NCBI RefSeq assembly: GCF_038025025.1
Contig: NW_027117339.1
Location: 1,798,001-1,862,000, forward strand
Direction: 5' to 3'
Origin: Phyllosticta citribraziliensis
Lineage: Eukaryota
Length of the DNA: 64,000 nt
A program made the position numbers and the translations under genes. Numbering within the stretch: position 1 is the first letter of the stretch; the number at the start of each line of letters is the position of its first letter. A model generated the notes under the pieces. The model was not told the DNA's origin. It searched no databases and worked only from the letters and a program-made list of their open reading frames with translations. Positions 1 through 11,231 of this stretch are shown in pieces.

Positions 1-1629
1 GGAGGTTAACTGGCTGCTCTCTGTTTCCCAAAATTACAATGCACCGTCTCGATAGATGACATCGTGTTCGTGAACGTGTTCAGGGGGAGCAAGAAAAATG
101 GATTCAACGAAGGTGGTGGGCAAACATTTACCGTGCCATCTTTTCTCCATTTTTGACGACGCCGCTGCAAATTATGAGTCTCATTTGGGAATGCCCATGT
201 GATAGTCGGACACCGTGTCAGCTTTCAATCCTTCTTCTAAGTAATCAGTGACATATTGAACTCTTTGTGTTGAACCGCCGGCATGGGGATGTCCATACCA
301 GGAAAGCCACCAAGCCATCCGGCAAGCAGAAAAAGCTGTGGGCATTCCTCTGTACTGTCCCGATAATGACGCACGACCTGTGACAGGGACCAGAAGTCGT
401 CTCCAGGAGCTCACGCGTGGTTGGAATGCTGGCTCTCCTCACGCTCTCAGAAGTTTAGATTTGGCAATCTTTGTGGTAGGGGTGATGTCTGACAGACACA
501 CGCATGCTGTCAGTCGGTCTAATAGGGGACAATTGCACATATCCGAAACAGTCGTCAGTTTGCAAGCAGTGCGTTCAGCCAAAGTGTCGCAACCACAACG
601 GAAGATACTCAGGGCTCGAGAGGAACATGCTCTCAAGCAATCTTGTCGAACAAAATATTCTGTCTTTCGATTTCCGGGTTCCATCTGTAGCGCGGTCCGA
701 CGGTGGAAGCTCCGCGCTGGTGCCTCAAAGTTGCATAGTAGGCACCACGCGGAACTGCGGATACCACTGCTGATGTCAGAGACCAGGGTATGAGATCGTT
801 TACGACCCACAACAGACCTCTTTTTAGCAATGACTGTTGCCGCCGCTGGTCGCAGACGGGTGGTAATAGCCAAGGAGTCCACACTGGTAAGGTTATAGGA
901 TACGCTTGTAGATGACAAGTCTAGGGTTGTCTTGAAAGTGTGCTGAGGCTAGGTGTGCGATCGTGATATTTGTTGACCAGGCCTTGTAGAGGGCATAATG
1001 TTCTTGATGGAACCCATAAGCAACCGCTTAGAGATCCGGTAGTTCCGGTAGGCGCAAGTAAGACGCCAGCATTTGGAAATGAGTGCTCTTTCACGACTTC
1101 ACGTCGTCCTAGAAGGAATGACTGGGCTCAAGGGCCGATGAAGCGGGGTTGGTGCAACTCGACGATTTAGTTGTCAAAGTAGTATAGGGCTGACGTTGCC
1201 TGAAAAGACGTGCTTTCTGTGGAGTGTCGTTGTGTCTTCATTTGTGTGCTATTGGCCGCTTATGGTCAGTGAGCTTACAATATCTAGACAAACTCGTCAT
1301 ACTTCCAGTCACATTCGCGGCATTTCACACTCGGCAACCCTTCCGCGGGAATTTCTTTCGTGGGGCTCACCTTGAGTTTGCCATGCGGTGTTTTCGTTCC
1401 AAGTCATTCATCTCATACCTCAATATTGCTTGTAACTCTCTCGACTCCCACCTTCGTGATGACCATCTCGCGTTTTCGAGCTCCTTCACTTGTCTCTTCA
1501 GCCGACGATCTTCACAGCTTCCATTCAAGAACAACCAACTTCGACAAATCCACTCCACGACGTCAAGCATTCCCTCTTCTGGCGGCTCAAGCGATATAGT
1601 GAAGTCTCGGCGCTCCAAAATAGGCAGTA

Positions 1630-3350
1630 ATGGCGTCAAGAAGTGTCTTGGCCGCGACTGCGGCCCATTCGATGGGGTCTTGTCGGAGCAATGGTATTCG
1701 CAGGATCACCTCCTTATCTCGCATGAAAGCCGCCCAGGGCGCACTCGCCGAGACGGCCGTCGAGCAACACCTTCCAGTTCCTGAATTCGCCAAGACTCGC
1801 ACGAGACAAGCCCCTGAAAAAGTCGACGAGTTTTGGCGCAAGATCCCTGGATGGGAGGATGTGTCGGCAGATGATTTCACAAGCTACCGATGGAGTGTAG
1901 GTCGATCACACCGTCTCTTGGTTAGTCTTGATTGCTAGAAGTCAGAGTCTGACCTTTTCAGTGCAAGAACCTGGTCGAGGGAAAACAAAAGTTACATCGC
2001 TTCCTCGAGAGGGTTCTCCCAGAAACTATTCCTACAACTGGCGTCATCAGCAGCAGTACAGAGCCTCGCGAGCGGCTCATCGAGGATGTCTTCAACGGGA
2101 TCTCAGACGCGACAATGTCTGTTCGTGTGATATGAGCTGTCCACAAATCGTCCGAGGGAAGCAGACTAATGCAGTCTCAAGGCCGTACACTCTCAGCCGA
2201 ATCGACTGGAGTAACCCACGCAACGACCCAATTTTCCGCCAGTTCATAACTACCAGATCGATCATGAAACCCGATCACCCGAATCTGACGCTAGACTCGT
2301 TGGAAGAGAAGGCCGATTCTCCTGTCCCAGGTTTGGTCCATCGCTACCCAGACAAAGCGCTTTTTCTTCGTAGGTTCAACAGACGCGGCGCTGGTTATGC
2401 CAGTGTCTTGCGCATCCAACATTGCATCGATTGACCATCTATCTTAAGCTCTTTCCGTCTGCCCGACGTATTGCGTATTCTGCACTCGATCCTACGCAGT
2501 TGGCGCCAATACCGACAGCGTGGAGAAAGACTCTCTTAAGCCAGGACGCTCGCGATGGGAGGCAGTGTTCAAGTACGTCCAACGTACGCCGGAAATCCAA
2601 GATATTGTCGTTTCCGGAGGAGACTCGTACCAGCTACTGCCTCAGCATATCGAAATGATTGGCAACTGGCTGGTCTCAACTCCCCACATACGTCGGTTCA
2701 GATTCGCTTCCAAAGGGCTCGCGGTCTGCCCGACTCGGCTGATTGACTCCAAGGACACTTGGTTCGACGCTCTTGTCGCCGTGTCTGATAAGGCCAGGAA
2801 GGCTGGGAAGGCCATGGCTCTCCACACTCACTTCAACCATCCCAACGAGATTTCTTGGATCACGGAGAAGGCCTGTCGCAGACTGTTCGAAGCAGGCGTG
2901 ACAGTGCGGAATCAATCTGTCCTGCTCCGTGGCGTCAATGACGACGCTGAGACGATGTCGACTCTGATCCGGAAATTGGCGGACAACAACATTTTTCCAG
3001 TATGAAAACGTAATTCTGAAGGCTGAGGATTTGGCGCTGACCTGGCCCAGTACTATGTTTACCAACATGACATGGTGCAGAAGTCGGAGCACTTGCGAAC
3101 GCCGTTGCAAACTATGCTCGACTTGGAAGCCAGCATCAGGGGCTCGATTGCCGGCTTCATGATGCCGCAGTTCGTAGTGGACCTCCCCGGGGGTGGTGGC
3201 AAGCGCTTGGCGGGCACTCACACATCATATGACCGCAAGACGGGCGTGTCGAAGTTTGTTGCGCCAGCGTTGACGGGTCGCGGCAAGGAAAACAAGGTCT
3301 ATGAGTATCACGACCCAGTAGACTCGCTTCAGCGTCCACTGCTTCAGTAG
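1630..3350 (+). CDS. kamA: KamA-family radical SAM/PLP L-lysine 2,3-aminomutase-like protein with probable mitochondrial presequence (5 exons)
   Basis: Exons ~1630-1896, 1962-2131, 2182-2369, 2449-2999, 3051-3350. Motifs: LVHRYPDK, CPTYCVFC (CxxxCxxC, 2460-2483), VSGGD, HFNHPNE, NQSVLLRGVND, YYVYQHD, FVVDLPGGGGK (PLP lysine). N-terminus is Arg/Ser-rich. The intron 2 donor is problematic (see findings). Confidence 0.9.
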
Positions 3351-3647
3351 GTCGCGTACTAACACGTCTGTCGAGCGTGTTCCAGTAGCTCGCCGCTTTG
3401 GAGACAATGAAAGGGAGGACCGAGACGAGTGAATTTCCTGCGAATTGCGGGCGATGTTCCGTTTGTTGTAATTTGTGGTGTTGAAGATGGTTGGAGTTGG
3501 CCGGCCAGCCGAGGCAACCACAGTTCTGAATGCGGCGGGGCCAATCAAAGGTGGGGAAGCGACCAGGATAGCAGCTGCCCCTCCGCCCTCTATCAGCGCC
3601 GGTCTCTCACGCATTTCTCCTCTCCTTTCTCTCTCTCTCCTTTCAGA

Positions 3648-4660
3648 ATGCCAGTCGAGGAACTGAATCTTGACCAATACCGCATCACCGCACAGGAGCT
3701 TCAGGCACTGTCTGCAAAATGCCTTGAAGCGCGCGAACGGGCATACTGTACGTGAGATCTGCACCTGCACCCCTCTCTCCCTGTCAGTGCACATCAATTG
3801 CGCGACTGGCTCAGCGGCAGCCCTTGTCGCTGCTGCTTGCGTGACGTCTTTGCAACACCAGACTCTCCTGCCCTTCGCGATTCTCTTTCTGGACGCTCCA
3901 AGATGTTGCGTTGGCGTCGCCGCCACCATCGCGCTCTAGCCCTCATCCCACTTTCAATCAACCAGTGGCGCTATGAGTCCCGAGTCTCCTGATCTCAGAA
4001 CTAACGCTGGATTCCAAAGGCCCATACTCCCAATTCCGCGTCGGCGCCGCCTTGCTCTTGCGACCGCAATCCGAATCGACTACGGCCACCGCTGAACACA
4101 ACATCGTCATAGGCGCAAACGTCGAAAACGCTGCCTATCCTGTCGGCACATGCGCGGAACGTGTCGCCGTCGGTACGGCCGTGGTCCAAGGGTACAAGCG
4201 CGGTGACATTCGCGCTGTGGGCGTTGCGACGGACATTGAAGGATACTGTAGTCCTTGTGGCATGTGCCGGCAGTTCTTGAGGGAATTCTTGGATGTGAGT
4301 CGACCTCTCGCCTGTGAAAGATGTCAAAAGCTTCGACACAGTGCGGCTCTGGGTTGGACAGCAAGGTTTCGAGCATCGGCGGATCAGCAGGCATCTGAGC
4401 TGGTGGACTGCTTGGCACAGGTCCTTCTCGGGCATGCGTCACTAATTTCACGCTTCTGTGCCTGCATTTCACACCCGACCACCTGCGTGGCGATTAGAGC
4501 TGATGCTAACGGCCTGTTCCCCTAGCTTGATACCCCGATATTCATGCACAACAAGGACGGCAACTTCCAGGTCAAGACGATGGGAGAGCTGCTACCCATG
4601 TCCTTCGGTCCAGATGTCTTGCCACCGCCAGAAGAGCTTCTCGCCTCGAGAGCAGGCTGA
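3648..4660 (+). CDS. CDD1: Cytidine deaminase, homotetrameric type (3 exons)
   Basis: Exons 3648-3747, 4020-4294, 4526-4660 with GT-AG introns. Motifs AYCPYSQFRVGA, GANVENAAY, CAER, SPCGMCRQFLREF, LLPMSFGP. Confidence 0.95.
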
Positions 4661-4976
4661 CGTGCCATTTATGGCATGGTAAGAGTAGTCAGGCGTCTTG
4701 GACTATGGAATTCGACGGATGGACAGGCCGTCACGGAGCATGGAGTGAAATAGAGTACGGGGTGTTAGGAGTGGTCAGGTGAGCTCGTGAGTGTTGTTCG
4801 CCTTTGTGGAGTAGTATGAAGGCGATTTGTGCAGTATTCGGCCAATAGGTTATAAAGATGGGATGATCAGAATTGAATTCGTGCCTAACATACACAGTCC
4901 CAAAAGCCTCCGAGTATCAATGTTCTGGTACATGCCTTTTTACAAGCATCAAGAAACTGCTCAGCTGACTGATTCT

Positions 4977-6260
4977 TCATATTGGAACAGTCAAGGGGCT
5001 CATAACTCTGTCTACACATCAGCTTTCACGGCACAAATTCAACGCCTTTTCGCTTTCAATGAATCAGGGGAAACTCACGTGGCTCCTCCATCCACCACCA
5101 TATTGGCACCAGTGACATAGCTGCTGAATCCACTTGCTAGGAAACCGGCAACCTTACCCACTTCCTGAGGCAGGCCGGCGCGTCCCAGCGCAATGTGATC
5201 GCGCTGCGCCTTTTGAGATTGGAGATCCGCCGGGTTCGGCGGCAGTTGGGAGCGCCCCAGGTCCATGTCGAGGGAGAGACCGACGTCGATTTGGCCCGGC
5301 GAGATGCAGTTGATGCGAATGTTGGTGCCCTTGAGGGATGTGACACCGGCGCGGACCACGCCGAGGGCGGCGTGCGATGTCATTGTGAAGCATGGGCCCC
5401 AGCAGCCTGCGCTGGCATTAGAGACACAGCGAAGAAGGTGTGTAGCCGAGGATTGAAATGCTGCTGTTTCTGATCTCACACATGACCACTCACCACCATA
5501 TGTGCTTGCTACACTCGCCACGACAATGATACTCCCATACTCGACCTCTTTAGGCGCCGCATTTGGATATTTCCCCCTCGGCGTCGTCTTAGCCATGGCA
5601 GGCGGCGCGTATTTGAGAGCGAAAAAGGGCGCCATAGCATTGGCCTCGAAGCACTTGCGCAAATCGCTTGGAGCCGTCGTCTCGAGCGTCGGCGGGCCCA
5701 GCAGGCCGCACGACGACACCCACACGTCGAGCCTGCCCCAGGCGTTGAGTATGTCGTCGATGAGCGTCAGCGTGTCTTCTTCCGTCGCCGGGTTGAGCGG
5801 GTACGGGATGATCTTGGTGTTGGGGTGTACGCTGTTCACGGCCGCGGGCAGATCGTGCGGCTGATCTTGAGGCGTTGTCGAACATGCTGGTCAAGTTGTT
5901 GGTGAGCTATCGGGTAGGTGTGGCAATTGAAGTTACCGTAAACGCACGCGGCGCCGTGCGCTTCACGTTGTCAGCCGAGTTACTTGTTGGACATGGGAGA
6001 ATTCCTACCAGCAAGCTCCATTGTGATGGCACTCCCAATGGGTTGCGTTGCGCCTGTGACAACACATACGAAGCCGTACTGTGCTGAGTGATCAGTGACA
6101 GTTCCATGTCGACAGCTCCACCTCCCGCACCAGCCATTGTGGATTGCAGGTTTTCAGTTCGTCTTTCTTTGCATACCAGCTTTCCGTCTGATCGATATGG
6201 CGAGAGATGTTCTGGATCCATGCTACTGAGAACCTTGGGGTCTGGAGCGGCTGGAGACAT
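4977..6260 (-). CDS. Short-chain dehydrogenase/reductase-fold protein, atypical (6 exons including a 24-nt micro-exon)
   Basis: The spliced product reads VCVVTGATQPIG ... WGRLDVWV ... IRINCISPGQID ... GRAGLPQEV ... SSYVTGANMVVDGG, ending TVMSPLTVPI*. All introns are GT-AG. Confidence 0.85.
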
Positions 6261-6821
6261 ATTTGCGAACAGGTCGAGATCGAATTGACTTGGGGAATGC
6301 TATAGCACCCAAACAGCGGCTTCAGTCGGGTAGGCAAAATGCATCAGATCGTTGCCTTACAAATCCCAGCGAGATATCCACACTGCTAAAGCAGCTAATC
6401 CGTAGCAATATTTTGGTTCTTCACAGCACTTCCACGCTCCACGGAGAAAGCGCGCTGCGGGGCTTATCGCTGATAAGCGCTGCATATGATGCGGCTGGTG
6501 GGATTGCTAGCAGGGAATGCGGAGGTGGGTTTGGAAATCTGTTACGTTCATGAGCTGCTTCTATTTGCCAGCGGCTTTCACATTCCCAATCAAGAGTAAT
6601 ATGATGGTCGGCCTGGTAGCTTGAGATGAACGAAGATTTGGCGCACTACGTCCAAGCTGAGCGCTCCGAAGATATAAGTCTTGAATTCATTGCTTTTCCC
6701 TTCTACCCGAAATCCCCAAGATCCATGCTGGAGACTTCATCACCGTGCCAAATCGTAAGTCAGAAGCAATTCGAATTGCTGCTCTGCCCTGACATTACAC
6801 AACACCTGACGTTTCTTGCAC

Positions 6822-8665
6822 TTATTCGTCATCCTCGTTCTCGTTGATGACCTCCTCTTCGGCTTCCTCCTCAAACGTGTTGTCCGGGACCTGGTACAGA
6901 CGGAGGACCGGCTTATTGGGGTCCTTGACCAGGACGTACTTGCCCTCGGGCATCTTGAGACAGAAGTCAACAATAGTGCGGACAATGCCCCAGCCGTTGG
7001 CAAGATTGAGGGCCATCTGGTTGGCGAATTCACGGGGCTTGTTGCTGAGAACACCGAGGATGACGTGGTCGTTGTTGTTCTTGGGGTTCGCGCGAGAGAC
7101 GAAACTGAGGTTCATGTTAGCATTTTCCCTCAAGAAAAATACGAGTAATGCTCACCCAAGCTTCATCGTGTCAGCCTTGGCCAAGATACTCTGCACAGTC
7201 CAGCGAGCGAGCTTGCAGCTGTTGTTCTTCATTTCAGTAGCAAGGACAGCACCCCTCTGGCTGGCAAGCTTGGTGCGCCAGTCAAGAGCACCACCGCTGC
7301 CCTGAGCCTTGTTGTCAAATTCGTTGAGAGCCTTGATGGTGACAAATTGGTCTTCGCCATTGATGTTGTTCTTGATGGTAGCGTCAACCTCCGTCCTGAC
7401 AATGAGGTTGAGGGGCTCGTCGTCGTTGGTGAGCGAGAGGTCAAAGCGGCGGTACTTGTACGCCTTTGACGCCGGAGGGTCGGTCTCCTCTTCCTCGTTG
7501 TAGAAGGGGTGGGGGTGCGGCATGTCCTTCTTGTTCGTCTGCGACTCCTGCACAACCTGCAGGGGAAAGACGTTGTTGATGTGGGTGGCTTCCATCATGA
7601 GGGCGTGAGGGTTGTTGAGGGTGTCCTTGTTGCCCTCCGAGGTCTCCAGCGGTGCGTCCATCGCGTTCTCGTTGACCGTGACCATGTCAATGGTAGAGTT
7701 GTCGCGCTTGTCAATGAAGACCTGGTTGCGGCGGCGCGTGATGACCAAATCCCAGGGGTATACGGACTTGGGTGCGCACATGAGCATGGACAAGATGTTG
7801 TCTGTCGCAAAGATCGTGGCCTCGTCCTTCTCTGCAAGCTCCTGGATGATGGGGTCGCTGGAGGTGGTGACATTGTAGGCCGCGCGGTCGAGGACCTGGA
7901 GCTTCTTCTCGGATGTCTTCGCACCGGGGGCCTTGTCGTAGACACGGTCGTAGTAGTAGAGGAATCCGTATGCGTCAAGGTCCTCGCCATCGGGAGTCTC
8001 GAGGTTGAGCTTGGACAGACGCGCAAAGTCAATCTCCTCCAGGACGGACCAGTCGGGCTTGACCTGGACGGAGGCGTCCCTGTTGCGCTGAGGCTTGTCG
8101 TCTCTCCAGCCAAAGCGCCTGCCACCACGACCTCCGCGTCCGCCGCGGTTGTCATATCCACCCTGCGGCTTTCCACCAACACGCTGGAAGGTTCCTCTGC
8201 CACCGCGGGCTGCTGCTCCACCACGTTGTCCACGGCCGCGGAACACGGTGCCGCCGCCACGCCCAAAGCCACGAGTCCTTGCGGAAGTGCGGGTGTTGTC
8301 GACGACGGAGAATGTGGCCTCCTCTTCGGCAGCCTGGATCGAGAAAGGGTTGTTCGCCTGGGACGCGCCGTAGACCTGCTGATCTGCGTAGGAGTTTAGC
8401 TTCAATACTGAAAGCCATTGTGTCGCAAAAGTGATACAAACACTGGAAACTCACCCCTGTAGTTCCTGTTGCCGTAATTCTGGCGACCGCCGCGTCCTTC
8501 ACGGTCCTTGCCTTCGGTCCAGTCGGCCATGCGTCCAAGCTTGTCGCCCTTGGAGTAGGGTGCGTACGGGACGCCATCGAGCATAGTCTCGCTGGAGACG
8601 GGCGGTCCCCAGCTATCGCTGGACGGCAAAGCCGCAACGAGGTCGAGCAACGAGGTAGGGGCCAT
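6822..8665 (-). CDS. eIF3d: Eukaryotic translation initiation factor 3 subunit D (3 exons)
   Basis: [21 protein letters not shown]-rich segment, [54 protein letters not shown]. Strong codon bias. Confidence 0.97.
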
Positions 8666-9024
8666 GATTGTGGTGGGGTGGAAGGGTGTTGCCGAACAAA
8701 GTGCGCGTTCAGTGACCGGAATTTTGATATCTTGGCGCGCTCTGAGTAAGCGACGCCTCGATCGGATGCGGGGCGGCTACCGGTGGATTTCACGCCGCGC
8801 CACTTCCTGCTCCCTTCACCCTTCAACAACATTCCAAGTCTTTGTTTCTCGAGCCTTATTTCCTTTTATCACCGGTTACATTCATGAGTGCAAGTTACTT
8901 GCCCTGCAACATGCAAAAGGCTCCCACTTACCCTTAACACCAAGGCCAGTGCTTACACCTCAAACTCTGGAAATGATGGCTTTTTTGACATCACCTCATC
9001 TGCGCCTCCTTCGTGATTCTAGAG

Positions 9025-10686
9025 ATGAAAAACTTGGAGCTCTTAGTGCACATTTCTGCACCAACATCTCACAGAGATGATGAACATTACAGGCGACTGG
9101 CTGAGGCCGCAGACGACTTTGAAGCCACGGCCAAAATTAGTTGCACAGCACTAGATGGAGATCAGTCTGTGGAAATATTAGATTCTCGCGAGGAGGAGAA
9201 TGGCGTAAATCAACAAGATGGACACTCTAATCTTGATTGCCCGCAACCGAAAACCGCAAAGCCTCAAAATGCTGCCGTCTTCCGCACGGCCACTCAATCG
9301 AACCAAGTAGGGCCTGGCCATGAATCCCTGCAACAGAACACGCCGTCAGCCAAATTCAAGGACAAGACGCCTATCCGGTATGGGGCAGCCCCGGATTTCG
9401 GAAGTTTTACAAGCACTTCAACGACACCAATCCAACACTCCGATAAAATCAAGCGGCGATGGTCCAAACAGCAGACGTCATCAAAGAAGCGTCCTGTGTT
9501 TCGCTTGTCTCAGAAAAGCCTCGAGGAAGCATCAACCAAAAATGGGACGCAGGAGTTCGTGGAGAACACGCAACAGGCTTTGGCTGCGTTGATAGATTAC
9601 ATCCCCAGCTCATTCCTGGTACAGCACGACTCGGTTTATGGGAATTGTGACGAAAGTCGGTCTCATAAACGACGACGTCTTTCAGTGGACGATGCCGCGA
9701 CTTTGGACTTTGGACAGCCCCAGGCATCCGTCCTACAATCACCGACTGCGCCTCCAGCAGAAGAACCAGCAGAAGAATTAGCAGTTGACCATTCGAGGAT
9801 ACCTTCTGAACATCCCGAAAATCATGGTTCAAATTCCCAGCTGCGAGATAGTTACGGCCTCAGCAACTCGCACTCGCAGGGCTCTTCAAAGAGCCAAGGA
9901 TTATGGCCAGAAATCGTTATGGGTCCGACCATGTCTTTCGAATTACCACTGCACGGATCACAACAGTCGCAGGCGCACACCGACGAAAATGAGGGCACCC
10001 ACAATGTTGAAATTCCTACAGCAAGGGATCAGCCTCCTAATGGTGTAGAGTTGTCGGTAGATGCATCCCAACCCCACGATGACACGAGAAACTCCTTTAA
10101 TTTGCTCCGAGATCTCTCTGCGCAAATGGACGGGCTTCACGAAGAACAGGCTTCGGAAACTGCAGCACCGAAAAAGGAACACACGACAACTGACTTCAAC
10201 TTTGCCTCTCTGCCAATTGAGCTCGAGCCTCCCCCTCCCAAGACTGCGAATAGGGGAGTTTTCGATGAATCCACTCAGACGCTTGAGTCTTTCGGTCAAT
10301 CCTTGAGCCTCGACAGATATTTTAACCCGTTATCCAAAACTCGACACATCAAAGATGACGAGCGGGGCTGCTGGATAATCGAGACGAATGGTTGGAGGCT
10401 CAAGTATCAGTACGAATTCTGGACACAATTGAGAGACCTAATCACCACTGGGCGTCTTGGTGCTGTTCGTTGTCAGCGAAACACACCTCAAAATTACCCT
10501 TGGATAGGCACAGACGGCAAGGAAAACGAGGGGCTCGGAACGGTCTGGGTTTTCTGTTGGGGACAGGTCGTGACTCAAATTTGGCTCACCATGCTTGTCC
10601 AAAGCCACAGAGAGATTGAAAAATCCCATGCTCGTTGGACAATCGGATCTCCAGAGGATCTGGAAGTGGTCGTTCAGATGCCCTAG
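9025..10686 (+). CDS. Uncharacterised fungal protein (~553 aa) with N-terminal LLVHISAP motif, SQ/TQ-rich disordered middle and Trp-rich C-terminal domain
   Basis: Long single-exon ORF, first ATG at 9025, divergent from eIF3d. The C-terminal region (ERGCW ... VFCWGQVV) looks globular. Confidence 0.8.
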   Translation: MKNLELLVHISAPTSHRDDEHYRRLAEAADDFEATAKISCTALDGDQSVEILDSREEENGVNQQDGHSNLDCPQPKTAKPQNAAVFRTATQSNQVGPGHESLQQNTPSAKFKDKTPIRYGAAPDFGSFTSTSTTPIQHSDKIKRRWSKQQTSSKKRPVFRLSQKSLEEASTKNGTQEFVENTQQALAALIDYIPSSFLVQHDSVYGNCDESRSHKRRRLSVDDAATLDFGQPQASVLQSPTAPPAEEPAEELAVDHSRIPSEHPENHGSNSQLRDSYGLSNSHSQGSSKSQGLWPEIVMGPTMSFELPLHGSQQSQAHTDENEGTHNVEIPTARDQPPNGVELSVDASQPHDDTRNSFNLLRDLSAQMDGLHEEQASETAAPKKEHTTTDFNFASLPIELEPPPPKTANRGVFDESTQTLESFGQSLSLDRYFNPLSKTRHIKDDERGCWIIETNGWRLKYQYEFWTQLRDLITTGRLGAVRCQRNTPQNYPWIGTDGKENEGLGTVWVFCWGQVVTQIWLTMLVQSHREIEKSHARWTIGSPEDLEVVVQMP

Positions 10687-11231
10687 ATTGCCCTTCATGT
10701 TTTTCTAATTTGGCGGTGGTCAGATGGGCACAAGTTGTGCGTTGCGTCGAAAAACATGGCAACACGTCTGGTATACCACAAAGACCTTTATCAATACAAT
10801 GAAATCAAATCAATGTTGGAACTGGAAAACGTGTACGGGGGGATGTTGTTTTAGCCTGGCTAAGGTATTGTAGTGGCCGGTGCCATGTGACATCTTGGCT
10901 GCAATGCGGCCACCTGATTCGGCCCCCGGCCCGCCGCGTGCACCAAATCGGCGGTGTCAAGTCCCGATAGCATCATCGGTTCGGTACTCTCAACCATCTC
11001 CAGTTGGTTTGGCCGCAAGGGTCGCTTGCAAGCGTTCGCCGTTCCCGCTCAACACTGTCCACGCCCTTCTTCACTCTCGCTCGACTCTGCCCCGCGCCAA
11101 AACTTGCCCGATGCCGTCCTCCAGCGCATAATGTTGTTGAACACGCAGCCCCGCCATCGACCACCTACGATATCATCACACCGCCTGGAAGCTGTGGGCT
11201 CACAAGTGTTCTTTGACTAAATACTATCGCC

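Noticed and set aside
181..1620. Several 60-190 aa ORFs, including a Cys-rich minus ORF at 439-918 and a charged ORF at 1367-1639, and an A-box/B-box-like stretch at 255-325
   Set aside because: No recognisable domain, coherent splice model or codon bias. The tRNA-like motifs do not form a T-stem or cloverleaf.
3610..3647. Polypyrimidine tract plus CAG before the CDD1 ATG, suggesting a spliced aminomutase-deaminase fusion
   Set aside because: No good branch site or matching donor. A CT-rich leader is normal for fungal promoters.
7229..8399. Long antisense or alternative-frame ORFs over eIF3d, and likewise over the methyltransferase, enolase, ERD1, Nup133, AXL2 and GLR1
   Set aside because: Shadow ORFs expected from strong GC3 codon bias on the coding strand.
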